From an uncultured Chthonomonadaceae bacterium (lineage in GTDB: Bacteria > Armatimonadota > Chthonomonadetes > Chthonomonadales > Chthonomonadaceae), in the NCBI GenBank assembly GCA_963817895.1, contig CAWFQB010000004.1, positions 640,001 through 704,000 of the forward strand: a stretch of DNA of 64,000 nt. Direction: 5' to 3'. Every line of letters begins with the position of its first letter. Positions within the stretch are counted from its first letter, which is position 1. Below, one piece after another: positions 61,391 through 64,000 of this stretch. The notes under the pieces are model-generated. The model made no database searches, was not told where the DNA came from, and saw nothing but the letters and a program-made list of their open reading frames with translations. The translations under genes were made by a program, and so were the position numbers.

Positions 61391-61590
61391 CTGCCTGAAT
61401 CTATTTGTGTGACATTTGTATACTATGAACGGAAGAGACAAATTTTCATATCTAACCTGAAAAACAACGTCCGCGCAGGAAGTTGAACGCTCCGATGTCC
61501 TTACGGGAGTTCGGCGAAATGCTATAATAATAGAGCGGTTTCCTGTAAGATGCGGAGTCCAGTCTGATACTCCACAATGGTTGAGGCGAT

Positions 61591-62292
61591 GTGTCGGGAA
61601 GGATGAAGAACACAGCTATGAAAGTTCTCGTCGTGGATGACGAATTGCCGATTGTAGAGGCTGTCTCCTACAATTTGAAAAAGGAGGGCTATCGCGTTCT
61701 GACTGCCGGGGACGCGGAACAGTGCCTCGAAATCGCGCGTCGCGACCAGCCGGATTTAATCATTCTGGATGTGATGCTGCCCTCCGCCAGCGGTTTTGAC
61801 GTGTGCCGGATGCTGCGCAAGCAGAACAGCGTCCCCATCATTATGCTGACGGCTCGCGCCGACTCCTCGGATCGGGTTGTGGGACTGGAACTGGGCGCGG
61901 ATGATTACGTGACCAAGCCTTTCAACATGCGCGAACTGATGGCGCGAGTGAAAGGCGTATTGCGGCGTACCACCTCACAGGAAATGACGGAACAACCCAT
62001 ACAGGCCGGGAACCTGACCATTGATCCCAATCGTTTCGAGGTTCGGGTGGGAACTCGTCCGGTCACGCTGTCACCCAAAGAGTTTGAACTGCTGCGGTTC
62101 CTCGCTTCGCATCCGGGACAGGTGTTTTCGCGACAGGTATTATTGGATCGCGTATGGGGCGCGGAAGCGTATGTGGAAGAGCGCACCGTGGACGTGCATA
62201 TCCGCTGGCTGCGCGAAAAAGTGGAAGACGATCCTTCCCACCCCCGCCGCCTGCTGACCGTGCGCGGCGTCGGGTATAAATTCAGTGGATAG
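61591..62292 (+). CDS. OmpR/PhoB-family response regulator
   Basis: VVDDE, LDVMLP, GADDYVTKPF, RTVDVHIRWLREK, TVRGVGY. Confidence 0.95.
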   Translation: MSGRMKNTAMKVLVVDDELPIVEAVSYNLKKEGYRVLTAGDAEQCLEIARRDQPDLIILDVMLPSASGFDVCRMLRKQNSVPIIMLTARADSSDRVVGLELGADDYVTKPFNMRELMARVKGVLRRTTSQEMTEQPIQAGNLTIDPNRFEVRVGTRPVTLSPKEFELLRFLASHPGQVFSRQVLLDRVWGAEAYVEERTVDVHIRWLREKVEDDPSHPRRLLTVRGVGYKFSG

Positions 62293-62293
62293 T

Positions 62294-62456
62294 ACACCGT
62301 CAAGGTAGAACATAAAACATTGTAGGGGTTCTGCTTGCTGAACCCTCCTCAAACGTTGGCGGAACCCTCCTAATGTAAGGCGCAGCAAGCGTTTTCAGAG
62401 GGCGCAGCAAGCGTTTTCAGAGGGCGCAGCAAGCAACGCCCCTACCTGAACGTGCA
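62294..62456. mobile_element. Second copy of the MITE/REP-like element
   Basis: acaccgtcaaggtagaa..tgtaggggttctgcttgctgaaccctcctca..(gcagcaagcgttttcagagggc)x2..cgcccctacctg. Confidence 0.75.
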
Positions 62457-62515
62457 TCCTTGATGAAATGTTAGAATCAATGAAGTGTAAGAAACATCAT
62501 GGATAGGTTGACGCC

Positions 62516-63607
62516 GTGAACAGTGTTCAGGAAAGCAATGTGATAAGCGGGGCTGTGTACCGTCTGCTGCTGGAGCAGTTGGATACCGGAGTCCTGATTG
62601 CCGATGAACAGCGGCGCATTTTAGAGGGCAATGCCGCCGCCGCGCGTTTGTTGAGCGTTCGCGGGGGAAATCTTGTCGGCAAAACGCTGCTGGAAGCGAC
62701 ACTCTCATACGAGATCGGAACGCTGGTAAACCGCGCGCAGGAGAGCGGCGTCCCTCAACAGCAGGAGATACATCGCCCGGAAATCGGAGGGCGAATGTTG
62801 CGAACGCGGGTGATTCCTCTTGGCGCAAATAGCAAAACCGGCGTGGGCGCGAATGAAGCGGGTTTGGAAGGGGGCAACGGCAGCCCCTGTTTTTTGCTGC
62901 TGCTGGAGGATGTGACGGAACTGCGGCGGCTGGAAACGGTGCGGCGTGACTTCGTGGCGAACGTGTCTCACGAACTGCGAACGCCCCTCGCTTCCATTCG
63001 CGCGATGGCGGAAACGCTTCAGGACGGCGCGTTGTACGATGGCGAAGTCGCTAACCGGTTTGTAAACATTATTGTGGGCGAAGTAGAGCGATTGACGCGC
63101 ATACTGGAAGACCTGCTGATTCTGTCGCGCGCCGAATCGCAGGCCCCGGAGCGCGAACCATTCGCGCTGACCACGCTGGTACGCGATGTTGTCGAGCGGT
63201 CGAACGCGCAGGCGGAAAAATCAGGTTTGAAATTGTCCTATGCCGACAGCCCGCACATCGAAGTGAACGCGAACCGGGACCAGATTGAGCAGGTGCTGGT
63301 GAATCTGGTAGACAATGCTATCAAGTACACATCAAGCGGCGGCAAAATAACCGTGTGGACAGAGACAAACGACGGGCGGGCAAGCGTTCATATCAGAGAT
63401 TCGGGGATTGGCGTGTTAAGTCAGGACTTGCCGCGCCTGTTCGAGCGTTTCTATCGCGTAGATAAAGCCCGCTCCCGGCAATCCGGCGGAACGGGCTTAG
63501 GTTTGTCCATTGTAAAGCATATCGTGGAAATGCACGGCGGCAGCGTACAGGTGCAAAGCGAATACGGCAAGGGCAGCGTGTTTTCGTTTACGCTTCCTGT
63601 GCAATAG
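62516..63607 (+). CDS. PhoR-like PAS histidine kinase (no TM)
   Basis: [45 protein letters not shown]. Confidence 0.92.
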   Translation: MNSVQESNVISGAVYRLLLEQLDTGVLIADEQRRILEGNAAAARLLSVRGGNLVGKTLLEATLSYEIGTLVNRAQESGVPQQQEIHRPEIGGRMLRTRVIPLGANSKTGVGANEAGLEGGNGSPCFLLLLEDVTELRRLETVRRDFVANVSHELRTPLASIRAMAETLQDGALYDGEVANRFVNIIVGEVERLTRILEDLLILSRAESQAPEREPFALTTLVRDVVERSNAQAEKSGLKLSYADSPHIEVNANRDQIEQVLVNLVDNAIKYTSSGGKITVWTETNDGRASVHIRDSGIGVLSQDLPRLFERFYRVDKARSRQSGGTGLGLSIVKHIVEMHGGSVQVQSEYGKGSVFSFTLPVQ

Positions 63608-63849
63608 AAGGTCAGGTGTCGCGTGTCGAATAAATTCATCCAGCGCCTGAAACCCAACATCTGACAACCCTCCTTTTAACCCCTAACCCCTCTTTGCGCC
63701 CCGGGCTTTCCTCTGCGTCCTTCCTACGAATCTCTGCATGACGTTCTCCAACGACAAGCCTTCGATAGCAACACGCTAAAGATACTGCGGCGGCGTGTCA
63801 TAATAGATAGGCTTGACACAGAGTTATTGAATGGAAAGAACGGCGGTAT

Positions 63850-64000
63850 ATGCTCGGAGAACGCTGGCGTATTACACTGTGCGGCGGTCTGACGGCCCGA
63901 CAGGGATCCCACGTTGTTACCCGTTTCAGGACACAGAAGACGGGATTGCTGCTGGCCTATCTGGCTCTACATCATGAGCGCGCGCATGGGCGCGAAGAGC
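63850..64000 (+). CDS. SARP/BTAD-type transcriptional regulator, 3' partial
   Basis: Manual translation MLGERWRITLCGGL..TRFRTQKTGLLLAYLALH..HGREE. Confidence 0.7.
   Translation, partial: MLGERWRITLCGGLTARQGSHVVTRFRTQKTGLLLAYLALHHERAHGREE

Noticed and set aside
1..64000. tRNA, rRNA, prophage or reverse-transcriptase elements
   Set aside because: No cloverleaf, rRNA, phage structural, integrase or RT motifs recognised by eye

Overview
GC-rich bacterial chromosome segment, inferred to be Armatimonadota-like from the DUF1559/H-X9-DG prepilin gene and the BTAD/SARP-type gene start. Many conserved genes are split by small indels, which points to an unpolished long-read assembly. Contents: VIT-VWA protein, Tat-exported LamG/DUF5695-like protein, miaB, GAF kinase and Crp-family regulator, TolB-like/GH5/GH2 cluster, two tandem stand-alone class III nucleotide cyclases behind a perfect sigma70 promoter, a complete IS701-like element, enolase-family dehydratase and acyl-CoA ligase, a rhomboid/LarA/TPR/YfhO run, an ABC transporter/MoxR operon, yebC, UDP-GlcA decarboxylase, pdp, C39 peptidase, CDF transporter, GAF-PAS kinase, dut and a PhoB/PhoR-like pair. 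The strongest unexplained signal is seven proteins at three loci, with three unrelated N-terminal architectures, that end in the same tail, LLR-x11-LLR-x12-LLR (x10 first spacer in one; one needs a 1-bp repair). This is a candidate modular C-terminal tag. The window also carries several families of small palindromic or tandem-repeat elements, some inside coding sequences. No rRNA, tRNA or CRISPR array was seen.
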